42,524 nucleotides of DNA from a virus (IMGVR_UViG_3300037422_000050:1-42524); one strand, 5' to 3'; counted from the stretch's first letter, positions 1-7,361 are shown. Notes: generated by a model not told the origin, from the sequence alone. Made by a program: numbers and translations.

Positions 1-61
1 CGCGCGCGGCCGCGCGCTTGGACCTAGGACACACACACTCAGGCTCTTTGAACGCGGGACG

Positions 62-93
62 AAAAAAAAAGCCCGGACGAATCCGGGCTTTTT
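62..93 (-). terminator. Rho-independent terminator, distal copy, potentially bidirectional
   Basis: A9-GCCCGGA-CGAA-TCCGGGC-T5. On the minus strand this is a 7-bp GC stem with a TTCG loop followed by T9, downstream of ORF 173-1024. Confidence 0.85.
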
Positions 94-125
94 CCTCAAA
101 GATTTACAAGCGGAAAATTACAGAT

Positions 126-153
126 AAAAAAAAGCCCGGACGAATCCGGGCTT
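126..153 (-). terminator. Rho-independent terminator, proximal copy
   Basis: A8-GCCCGGA-CGAA-TCCGGGC-TT, identical to 63-90, about 20 nt after the stop codon at 173. Confidence 0.85.
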
Positions 154-172
154 AAGGGAAGATCAGCTTAGT

Positions 173-1024
173 TTATGCGGCTTTCCGCGCTGCCTTATCC
201 GCCACGACCTTATCAGTTTTTGCAGCTTTGCGAGCCGCGTCCAGCTTGGCGAGAGTCGCGTCATTAGCTTCGGTCAGGGCCTTCCTCTCGGCGGGAGACA
301 GGGGCTTCGGCTCAGCGGAGGGGAGGCCGCCGATGACGCCGACCGGGACTTGCTGGAGTAGGCCGATGATACGCGATCCCAATTCGTGAAGATCACGGTC
401 AGCGTTGCTGCGAAGATGATGTGCGAGCGTTGCCATTAGCGTCACAGTCTGGGAGGGGCTGGCCACCTTTGCGCCTTCCAGCATCGAGCCGAAAAACTTG
501 TCCGTCACTTTGTTGCGTGCCTTGTTTTTGCGGGGGGAGCGATCTCCCCGATAAAGCTCGGCCGCCATCGCATAGCATGCCGCAAACCCCTTGGCATCCC
601 GCAGCATCGGCCAATGGCCGGCCCGAATTCCCCACAGGATGCGGGAGACTCGGCTACACCATGCCCGGACCGGACTGGCCGCCGATTTGAATTCGTCCGA
701 CGAATCGCTCCCGATTTCTTGGGCGATTCGTTTCACTTCCCCGTCGCGAAATTCCTCGCATTCCAGAGTCGCAACGCCAGCCGTCTCGGTCGCGTTAGGA
801 AGGGCCGCGATCTCGGCCATGACTAGCATGGTCGCGTTGTTGCTGGCTTGATACGCTTCGGCCAGCTTGATCCCGAAACCTCCCGTACCCTTGGCTTTCT
901 CGCTCAGATCCGCCGCAACCTTGCGACTGTGAGCAGTCTTGTCCAGACTGGTACGCGGCATAGCGACTGCCGCCGCGCCGATAGCGGCAACCTCTGCCGC
1001 GATCTTGTTCAACCTCTTTCCCAT
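173..1024 (-). CDS. Hypothetical Ala/Lys/Arg-rich protein (283 aa), probable early gene
   Basis: Long ORF. ATG at 1024 (MGKRLNK) follows an AGAAAGGA SD, so it is preferred over 1093. It has an upstream promoter and two downstream terminators. No family recognised. Confidence 0.75.
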   Translation of the reverse strand: MGKRLNKIAAEVAAIGAAAVAMPRTSLDKTAHSRKVAADLSEKAKGTGGFGIKLAEAYQASNNATMLVMAEIAALPNATETAGVATLECEEFRDGEVKRIAQEIGSDSSDEFKSAASPVRAWCSRVSRILWGIRAGHWPMLRDAKGFAACYAMAAELYRGDRSPRKNKARNKVTDKFFGSMLEGAKVASPSQTVTLMATLAHHLRSNADRDLHELGSRIIGLLQQVPVGVIGGLPSAEPKPLSPAERKALTEANDATLAKLDAARKAAKTDKVVADKAARKAA

Positions 1025-1045
1025 GATGCTGTTCCTTTCTGGTCG

Positions 1046-1113
1046 GTTTACATGAAACGAGCCGTTTACATCTGGCCCCCCGTTTACATCCATGTAAGTT
1101 TACATGCATGTAA
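1046..1113. repeat. GTTTACAT repeat array with TTACAT-N2-ATGTAA inverted repeats (putative operators)
   Basis: GTTTACAT at 1046, 1064, 1082 and 1098; TTACATCCATGTAA at 1084-1097; perfect palindrome TTACATGCATGTAA at 1100-1113. Confidence 0.7.
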
Positions 1114-1156
1114 TCTGTCGGTTTTCTGACAGCGTTTGATTGTAACCTAGGGGGGA

Positions 1157-1297
1157 GTGAGTGAGCAACTACTTATCCCTGTCCCCTATCCGTCAAGTGA
1201 GTACTCACTAACATTATGTATATTATACCACAAAGGACCGAAGTGAGCAATCACTAACTTTGACGGTACGGGGCAAGGTGAGTAAGCACCCACTAAC
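1157..1297. promoter_or_regulatory. Cluster of four AGTGAGYA-like/CACTAAC palindromic operator sites
   Basis: GTGAGTGAGCAACTACTTA (1157), AAGTGAGTACTCACTAAC (1195; core AGTGAGTACTCACT is a perfect palindrome), AAGTGAGCAATCACTAACTT (1241), GTGAGTAAGCACCCACTAAC (1278). Confidence 0.7.
1222..1250 (-). promoter_or_regulatory. Leftward sigma70-type promoter for ORF 173-1024
   Basis: Minus strand TTGCTC-N17-TATAAT with extended -10 (TGG-TATAAT); the -35 lies inside the operator at 1241-1260. Confidence 0.65.
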
Positions 1298-1311
1298 CCA
1301 AGCCCTTCATT

Positions 1312-1330
1312 GATAACGATTCTCATTATC
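1312..1330. promoter_or_regulatory. Fur-box-like 19-mer
   Basis: Minus strand GATAATGAGAATCGTTATC matches the classical Fur consensus GATAATGATAATCATTATC at 17 of 19 positions. Confidence 0.6.
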
Positions 1331-1627
1331 ACCCTCCTCCCTCCATTTCTTTATACTCCAACGGAAAAGATGTGGGGCAAGGAGGGGTGGGGGGCAAAAA
1401 GGGCCGGGGAAAAATGCGCGAAACACCGTATTTAACGGCGCTAGGGATTTTTTAAAAGGGGGTAGGTACCTAGGTACCAGAAGAGGAGAGATAATCGATT
1501 GTAGAGCGTTATAGAAGGTTTTAGAGGTATTCAAGACGCTCGCTGTAAACCCCACAGCTCGCATACTGCTTTTAAGAAGCAGTGGTACTTCTTTCTTTCT
1601 TTTCTTTTATATATTTTCTTTTCTTTC

Positions 1628-1705
1628 TTTATTATATATATATAATATATATATAATATATATATATAATATAATATAATATAATATATATAATATAATA
1701 TAAAT
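1628..1705. repeat. Pure A/T low-complexity tract (TA and TATAA repeats); candidate origin or unwinding element
   Basis: About 75 nt with no G or C, preceded by a polypyrimidine run from about 1588. Confidence 0.7.
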
Positions 1706-1708
1706 CTT

Positions 1709-1737
1709 ATTTTAACATACTTCTTAGAAAAAGTCAA
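1709..1737 (-). promoter_or_regulatory. Leftward sigma70 promoter
   Basis: Minus strand TTGACT-N17-TAAAAT with TG extension. Confidence 0.7.
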
Positions 1738-1740
1738 TAC

Positions 1741-1769
1741 TTGACTTTTACTTAATTCTATGGTATAAT
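1741..1769 (+). promoter_or_regulatory. Rightward sigma70 promoter for the morphogenesis arm
   Basis: TTGACT (1741-1746), 17-nt spacer, TATAAT (1764-1769), with TG extension, 50 nt upstream of the first plus-strand gene. Confidence 0.85.
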
Positions 1770-1818
1770 AATAAAGAGACTGATAATTTACAGTCTCTTT
1801 TACCGTCAAAGGACTCTT

Positions 1819-2130
1819 ATGTATAAACATCTTCTGGCTCTTACATTTGCACTCTTCCTTGCAGGCTGTGATCTCTTAGGGCCGAAGGTAGTGTATAAAA
1901 TTGTTTCTCCTGACAAAACTGCTGCGGCCTATTGGCAAGATAAACCTTGCGAAATTAAAGAATTGGCAGATGCAGCTAAAAAGGAAAAGATCACCGCTAA
2001 AGGCGGTTTCGCTACTGCCAAGGGTCAACCTGATATTCGTTTCTGTTGGGTCGAAGTAGATGATACTATTTGGACTTGGATTGAAGGAGCTATGTTCCCG
2101 ATCCCTTTCGACAAAAAGAGCTTTCAGTAG
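1819..2130 (+). CDS. Phage lipoprotein
   Basis: Signal peptide II with lipobox LAG/C (MYKHLLALTFALFLAGC); AAGGA SD. Confidence 0.75.
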   Translation: MYKHLLALTFALFLAGCDLLGPKVVYKIVSPDKTAAAYWQDKPCEIKELADAAKKEKITAKGGFATAKGQPDIRFCWVEVDDTIWTWIEGAMFPIPFDKKSFQ

Positions 2131-2191
2131 GGGAAGCATATCTTAAAATAAAGAATTGGGATGAACTACTTCCAAAAGGATATTATTACAT

Positions 2192-2809
2192 ATGAGCACG
2201 GATTCTCTGGGCCGAAAGTTAAATAAAAAGAAGAAACATTGGCCTTGGGCAAAGAAAGTCGAAGTGGCTACTGCATACCTTGCATTAGGCAAGGCACCTC
2301 TTGTCGAAGCCGTGACGAAGGTCCCTGCTGGTACTCTTCATCAGTGGAAACAGCAAGAATGGTGGAACGAACTGATCGAATCCATTCGAGCCGAAGAGGA
2401 TGTGGAATTAGACTCCAAGCTCGGGAAGATTGTAAGCAAAAGCATTGACATTATCCAGGATCGTTTAGATAATGGAGATTATCAATATGACCCTAAAGAA
2501 GGTAAATTAATTCGTCGCCCAGTCTCTTTAAGGGATACTTCCAAGGTAGCTTCTGAAACTATTGACCGTAGAAATATCCTTCGTCAGATTTATAATAAAC
2601 CCAAAGTTTCTGAACAAAGTGTTCAGGAACAGCTTAAACGTATTGCAGAACAGTTGACCAAAGGGGTCCAAAATGCCAAGCAAGTCTCCGAAACAAGCGA
2701 AGTTTATGGCAGCGGCAGCACACAACCCGCAGTTCGCCAAGAAAGCCAAGATCTCTCCGACGGTAGCAAAGGAGTTCAATCAGGCGGACAAGGGAACCAA
2801 GATCTTTAA
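2192..2809 (+). CDS. terS: Probable terminase small subunit
   Basis: N-terminal HTH-like segment (VEAVTKVPAGTLHQWKQQEWW) plus helical region; position upstream of TerL. Confidence 0.65.
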   Translation: MSTDSLGRKLNKKKKHWPWAKKVEVATAYLALGKAPLVEAVTKVPAGTLHQWKQQEWWNELIESIRAEEDVELDSKLGKIVSKSIDIIQDRLDNGDYQYDPKEGKLIRRPVSLRDTSKVASETIDRRNILRQIYNKPKVSEQSVQEQLKRIAEQLTKGVQNAKQVSETSEVYGSGSTQPAVRQESQDLSDGSKGVQSGGQGNQDL

Positions 2810-2825
2810 AAAGAAAGGTAAATAG
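2673..2825 (+). CDS. Small basic protein (50 aa) overlapping the TerS 3' end; not in the ORF track
   Basis: MPSKSPKQAKFMAAAAHNPQFAKKAKISPTVAKEFNQADKGTKIFKKKGK; AGGGGT SD-like sequence upstream; resembles a small protein I recall recurring near phage packaging genes. Confidence 0.7.
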   Translation: MPSKSPKQAKFMAAAAHNPQFAKKAKISPTVAKEFNQADKGTKIFKKKGK

Positions 2826-2826
2826 T

Positions 2827-2892
2827 ATGGCATATACTCCTAGCAAAGCTAAAACCCGCGGTAAAGGTAAAAAAGCACCCAAACCCTGCTAA
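2827..2892 (+). CDS. Basic micro-ORF (21 aa)
   Basis: MAYTPSKAKTRGKGKKAPKPC; GAAAGG upstream; TAATG overlap with the HNH gene. Confidence 0.45.
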   Translation: MAYTPSKAKTRGKGKKAPKPC

Positions 2893-3143
2893 TGGCTAAA
2901 CGTAATTATAAACTAGAGTACGCAAATTACCAGGGAAAGCCAGAGCAGATTAAAAATCGCTCTATGAGGAACCAAGCTCGTGCGGCCTATGAAAAGGCAA
3001 ATGGTAATCTCCCCTCTAACGTGGATGTTGACCATCGGAAGCCAATTGCTAAAGGCGGGTCTAATGCTTCTGGTAATCTTCGTGCTCGCAGTCAAGGTAG
3101 CAATCGATCTTTTAAACGAACACAACAAGCGCGAATGAAGTAA
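2892..3143 (+). CDS. HNH endonuclease-like protein (packaging-associated)
   Basis: DVDHRKPIAKGGSN...NLR...N HNH signature; immediately precedes TerL. Confidence 0.8.
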   Translation: MAKRNYKLEYANYQGKPEQIKNRSMRNQARAAYEKANGNLPSNVDVDHRKPIAKGGSNASGNLRARSQGSNRSFKRTQQARMK

Positions 3144-4673
3144 TTGCTTACTGCTGAACTAATTGAAGGTTTTGTTAATGGGCTACTCGCTCAAGGATTC
3201 GACGGTCGAGCAGAGACTCCAGAGTTCCACAGGGAACTTTGGAGTCTTTGTGCAAGTAAGCATCGCTTTGTAGCAATTGCAGCTCCTAGGGGATTTGCTA
3301 AATCCACAGCAGTTACCCATTGCTATACCCTAGCAGCTTTACTGTTTCGGGATCGTAGTTTCGCAGTTATCGTTTCCGATACTGAAACTCAGGCGATCCT
3401 TTTCTTACAAGATATTAAAAAAGAACTTCAGGATAATGAACAGTTAATTGACCTCTTTGGCGTTAAGCGAGATAAAGACGGTAAAGTTAAATTCATTAAA
3501 GAATCCGAGACAGACATTATCGTTGAAATGACCGACGGTCATCGTTTTCGAGTAATGGCTAAAGGCTCCGAGCAGAAGGTACGTGGTTTAAAATGGAAGA
3601 ATAAACGTCCGGATCTAATTGTCTGTGATGATCTGGAAAACGATGAGATCGTTATGAATCAGGAAAGACGGGAGAAATTTCGTCGTTGGTTCTATGGGGC
3701 ACTGGTTCCGTGTAGAGCGGATCATGGTGTGATCCGGGTAGTTGGAACCATTCTTCATATGGATTCTCTTCTTGAACGTCTCATGCCCGCAACACAGTTG
3801 GCAGCAATGAGACGGAAGGATAAACTCCAGAGTACTGAATTAAAAGAGTGGTCCAGCATTAAGACTCCATGGGTTTCTGTTAAATATAAAGCCCATAATA
3901 AGGATTTTAGCCATCTTCTTTGGGATACTAAAAAGACTGCTGAGGATCTGAAGAGTATCAGATCTGACTACTTAGCACAGGGTATGCCTGAGTTATATTC
4001 TCAGGAATATTTAAACGAGCCAATTGATGAATCTGTAGCTTACTTCAGACGCTCAGATTTTCTCCCTATGGATAAAGCTGATCGAGAACGACTGAAGAAT
4101 TTTTACATCGCAGTGGATCTTGCGGTGTCTGAAAAAGAGCGAGCTGACTATACCTCTATGGCTGTTGGTGGTGTGGATCAAAACGGAATGTTACATATAA
4201 CAAACGTGATCCGAGACCGACTCGACGGCCGCCAAATTGTAGATTTAATTCTTAGATTAAATAAGTTGTACAATCCTGTTGCTTTTGGTGTGGAAGAAGG
4301 GCAGATCTCAAAATCGATTATGCCTTTCCTTCGTGAGAGAATGCATCAAGAGAACAACTTTCCCTCGATGTATCCTCTTAAACCTTCAACGGACAAACTG
4401 ACTCGTGCCCGTTCTATTCAAGCCAGAATGAGAGCAGGAGGTGTCAAGTTCGATAAAGAGGCGGAGTGGTATCAAATCTTTGAGGATGAACTGGCAAGGT
4501 TTCCAAGAGACAAACACGATGACCAGGTTGATTCCTTTGCTTATCTTGGATTAATGATCGATAAAATGATTGAAGCTCCTACTCCTAGAGAACTTGAGGA
4601 GCAGGAATGGGACGACAATTGGAAACGTTCTGGGTTGAAGGAGGAAGGTCGCAATGCCACAACAGGGTACTAA
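3144..4673 (+). CDS. terL: Terminase large subunit
   Basis: Walker A APRGFAKST, Walker B LIVCDDLE, nuclease motifs AVDLA and KHDDQVDS; TTG start. Confidence 0.95.
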   Translation: MLTAELIEGFVNGLLAQGFDGRAETPEFHRELWSLCASKHRFVAIAAPRGFAKSTAVTHCYTLAALLFRDRSFAVIVSDTETQAILFLQDIKKELQDNEQLIDLFGVKRDKDGKVKFIKESETDIIVEMTDGHRFRVMAKGSEQKVRGLKWKNKRPDLIVCDDLENDEIVMNQERREKFRRWFYGALVPCRADHGVIRVVGTILHMDSLLERLMPATQLAAMRRKDKLQSTELKEWSSIKTPWVSVKYKAHNKDFSHLLWDTKKTAEDLKSIRSDYLAQGMPELYSQEYLNEPIDESVAYFRRSDFLPMDKADRERLKNFYIAVDLAVSEKERADYTSMAVGGVDQNGMLHITNVIRDRLDGRQIVDLILRLNKLYNPVAFGVEEGQISKSIMPFLRERMHQENNFPSMYPLKPSTDKLTRARSIQARMRAGGVKFDKEAEWYQIFEDELARFPRDKHDDQVDSFAYLGLMIDKMIEAPTPRELEEQEWDDNWKRSGLKEEGRNATTGY

Positions 4674-6831
4674 CCCAATGCAAATGAAACCGATGGGAGC
4701 AATGGCCGATGCTATGCAACAAGCCATTGGGCAAGGTCCTCAAATGGGCCAGCAGGGTCCTCAACCTATGGACCCCTCCCAGGCGGCGGCGCAACCTTCC
4801 CCGACACAAGACATTAACATTGAAGAGGAAAGGGCTAAACTTGAACTGGATCGTCTACTTTGTGAAACAAATATTGCCAAAGATCTTGATGAGAAAGAAC
4901 TTACGAAGATCGGAGACGATGCTAAAAAAGGCTATGAACAAGATCTGCTCTCCCGAGTAGATTGGGAGAAGAATTACGACGAGTGGCTTAAACTTGCTAT
5001 GCAAGTAAAAGAAAATAAGTCGTATCCTTGGATTAATGCAAGCAACGTGAAGTATCCGTTGCTTTCTACTGCCTCTATGCAGTTTGCAGCTCGGGCCTAT
5101 CCGTCGCTAGTTCCCTCAAATGGAACTGTTGTCAAGATTAGAGTAGTTGGAGACGATAAAGATGGGAAGAAGGCAGGCCGAGCAAACCGCCTTAGCCAGT
5201 ATCTTTCCTGGCAAATTATGGAAAAAATGGATAATTGGGAAGAGGAGATGGATAAACTCCTCATTACCTTACCAATTGTAGGTACTGTTTTTAAGAAAAC
5301 TTACTATAGTGATCACAGTAAGAAGATCTGTAGTCAACTTATTTATGCAAAAGATCTTGTTGTTAATTATTGGACTAAAGATCTGGATCATGCAGAGAGA
5401 GTCACTCAGCGATATCATCTTACTAAACGTCAAATTGAAGAGAGAGTTGCTAAAGGACTCTTTTTAGAAACAGATTTACCTACTATTGAGGTACCAAAAG
5501 AAGGGAGTAAGTCGGAAATTTCAGGTACTCAGGCTCCTCCTGAGGCTGATTCGACCACTCCCTTTGTTGTTTGTGAGCAACATACCTGGGCTTACATTAA
5601 AAATGACAAAGTAATGAAGCCGGTGACGGTTACTTTTCTCGAAAAAACAGGAGTTGTACTTCGTGTTACAGCTCGCTGGACCGAAGAAGGGATCATTTAT
5701 GACGAGAAAAGCAAAGTGGTTGGCTTTAAAGGAGTCAATTATTACACCAAATTCGGTTTCGTTCCTAATCCAGATGGTGGATTCTATGATGTGGGCTTTG
5801 GTGTACTTCTTGGCCCCCTTAATGAAGCTGTAAATACCCTTACTAACCAGCTAATCGATTCTGGAACCCTTGCGAATCTTCAAGCAGGCTTCATTGGTAA
5901 AGGTTTGCGGATTAAAACGGGTGATACAGCTCTTCGTCCTGGAGAATGGAAGCCTGTAAATGCCACGGGAGATGACCTTAGGAAGTCTATTTTCCCTCTT
6001 CCGGCCAAAGAACCATCTAATGTTCTGTTTCAGCTTCTTGGAATGCTAATTCAAAGCTCCAAAGAGCTTGCATCCGTTGCTGAAATCTTTACTGGTAAGA
6101 TGCCGGGACAAAATACCCCAGCTTACACTACTAAAGAGACTGTTGAACAGGGTATGAAGGTCTTTACTGCTGTCTATAAACGTGTTTTTCGTGCCTTAAC
6201 CAAAGAATTCCGCAAAATCTACTATTGGAACAAGCTATATCCTGAGGCAGGTGGGGGAATTGAAAAAATCACGGATAATCCGGCGTCTTCGGAAGATTTC
6301 CTTCTTCCGGAAGATGATATCGTACCGGCGGCTGATCCTCAAGCTGCATCGGCTGCAACTAAAGTTGAAAAAGCACAAGCTTTAGTACAACTTATTCAAC
6401 TTGGAGTACCTCGAAACGAGGTGCTTAAGCGCCTTCTGGAAGCTATGGAAATCCCTGATCCTGAACTTCTTCTGCCCAAACAACAGCCGGGTCCTCCGCC
6501 TGAAATGCAGAAAATGCAGATGGAAATGCAGATGAAACAGAAGGAATTTGAACTTAAGATGCAACTTGAACAAGAAAAACTTAAGGCTGAACAACAAAAG
6601 AATCAAATGGATCTTGAAGCCCAGCAGCAAGAAATTCAAATGAAATTACAGTTTGAACAAGAAAAACTCGCAATTGAACGTGAAAAATTAAAACTTGAAG
6701 CTCAAAAAATTAAGATGGATGCTCAGAGAATGCAAATGGAAGCTCAGATGTTTATTGCTACAGAACAAATGAAAATGAGAGAGCTTGGAGACGACTATAA
6801 GGAGAAAGATGGCGAATCTGACAAAGAATGA
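4654..6831 (+). CDS. Portal protein with C-terminal coiled-coil barrel (P22-like architecture)
   Basis: Follows TerL; 725 aa; portal-like motifs (SYPW..ASNVKYPLL, GTVFKKTYY, GFYDVGFG); Q/E/K/M-rich coiled-coil tail. Confidence 0.9.
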   Translation: MPQQGTNPMQMKPMGAMADAMQQAIGQGPQMGQQGPQPMDPSQAAAQPSPTQDINIEEERAKLELDRLLCETNIAKDLDEKELTKIGDDAKKGYEQDLLSRVDWEKNYDEWLKLAMQVKENKSYPWINASNVKYPLLSTASMQFAARAYPSLVPSNGTVVKIRVVGDDKDGKKAGRANRLSQYLSWQIMEKMDNWEEEMDKLLITLPIVGTVFKKTYYSDHSKKICSQLIYAKDLVVNYWTKDLDHAERVTQRYHLTKRQIEERVAKGLFLETDLPTIEVPKEGSKSEISGTQAPPEADSTTPFVVCEQHTWAYIKNDKVMKPVTVTFLEKTGVVLRVTARWTEEGIIYDEKSKVVGFKGVNYYTKFGFVPNPDGGFYDVGFGVLLGPLNEAVNTLTNQLIDSGTLANLQAGFIGKGLRIKTGDTALRPGEWKPVNATGDDLRKSIFPLPAKEPSNVLFQLLGMLIQSSKELASVAEIFTGKMPGQNTPAYTTKETVEQGMKVFTAVYKRVFRALTKEFRKIYYWNKLYPEAGGGIEKITDNPASSEDFLLPEDDIVPAADPQAASAATKVEKAQALVQLIQLGVPRNEVLKRLLEAMEIPDPELLLPKQQPGPPPEMQKMQMEMQMKQKEFELKMQLEQEKLKAEQQKNQMDLEAQQQEIQMKLQFEQEKLAIEREKLKLEAQKIKMDAQRMQMEAQMFIATEQMKMRELGDDYKEKDGESDKE

Positions 6832-7039
6832 TGTAATAGATTGGAAGACTCACGCAGTGACACGATTGTTACGAGAAGTAGTAGTTGAGAGAATCAAAGA
6901 GGCTCAAGAAGTGTTGGGAAATTCAGCAGGGATGGAACCTCTGGCCGACCGCTTGATTGTCGGCATGATTCGAGCTTATCATGAATTATTAGAATGGTCT
7001 CCAGAATTTGAGGAGGAAGAAGATGACATTAAGAGCTAA
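6809..7039 (+). CDS. Small hypothetical protein between portal and GroES
   Basis: ATG at 6809 with AAGGAG SD; WKTHAVT motif; acidic tail. Confidence 0.65.
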   Translation: MANLTKNDVIDWKTHAVTRLLREVVVERIKEAQEVLGNSAGMEPLADRLIVGMIRAYHELLEWSPEFEEEEDDIKS

Positions 7040-7361
7040 AGGGCACCGTGTTCTAGTTCGACCTGATTATGAAGAAGTTACTAAAAGTGGTATCGTAATT
7101 GCCCAAAATGATCGTCAGGGGATTGCTGCCGTGGAAAGCGGAGTAGTAGTTGATATTGGTCCTACTGCGTGGATTGCATATGATCGATATACTCCGGACG
7201 GTAAAATGAATCCTTATTGGGAACCCTGGTGTAAAGTTGGTGATCGAGTTATTTATGGTAAGTATGGTGGGAAAATTGTAGAAGACCCCGATACTAAAGC
7301 AAAATATCTAGTTATTAACGACCAAGATATCCTTACTGTAGTGGAGAAAAAAGATGAGTGA
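7023..7361 (+). CDS. groES: GroES/Cpn10-like co-chaperonin
   Basis: GHRVLVRP, mobile loop TKSGIVI, GVVVDIGP, KVGDRVIYGKYGG, YLVINDQDIL. Confidence 0.9.
   Translation: MTLRAKGHRVLVRPDYEEVTKSGIVIAQNDRQGIAAVESGVVVDIGPTAWIAYDRYTPDGKMNPYWEPWCKVGDRVIYGKYGGKIVEDPDTKAKYLVINDQDILTVVEKKDE

Noticed and set aside
2-17. Perfect 16-bp GC palindrome GCGCGCGGCCGCGCGC
   Set aside because: Low complexity and at the window edge; no context to interpret it.
63-153. 28-bp palindromic repeat with 35-bp spacer resembling a mini-CRISPR
   Set aside because: Only two copies, with poly-A/T tails and a position right after a stop codon. These are terminators, and no cas genes are present.
1307-1830. Minus-strand ORFs 1307-1564 and 1531-1830
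   Set aside because: They translate regulatory and low-complexity DNA (Y/I runs) and lack credible SD sequences.
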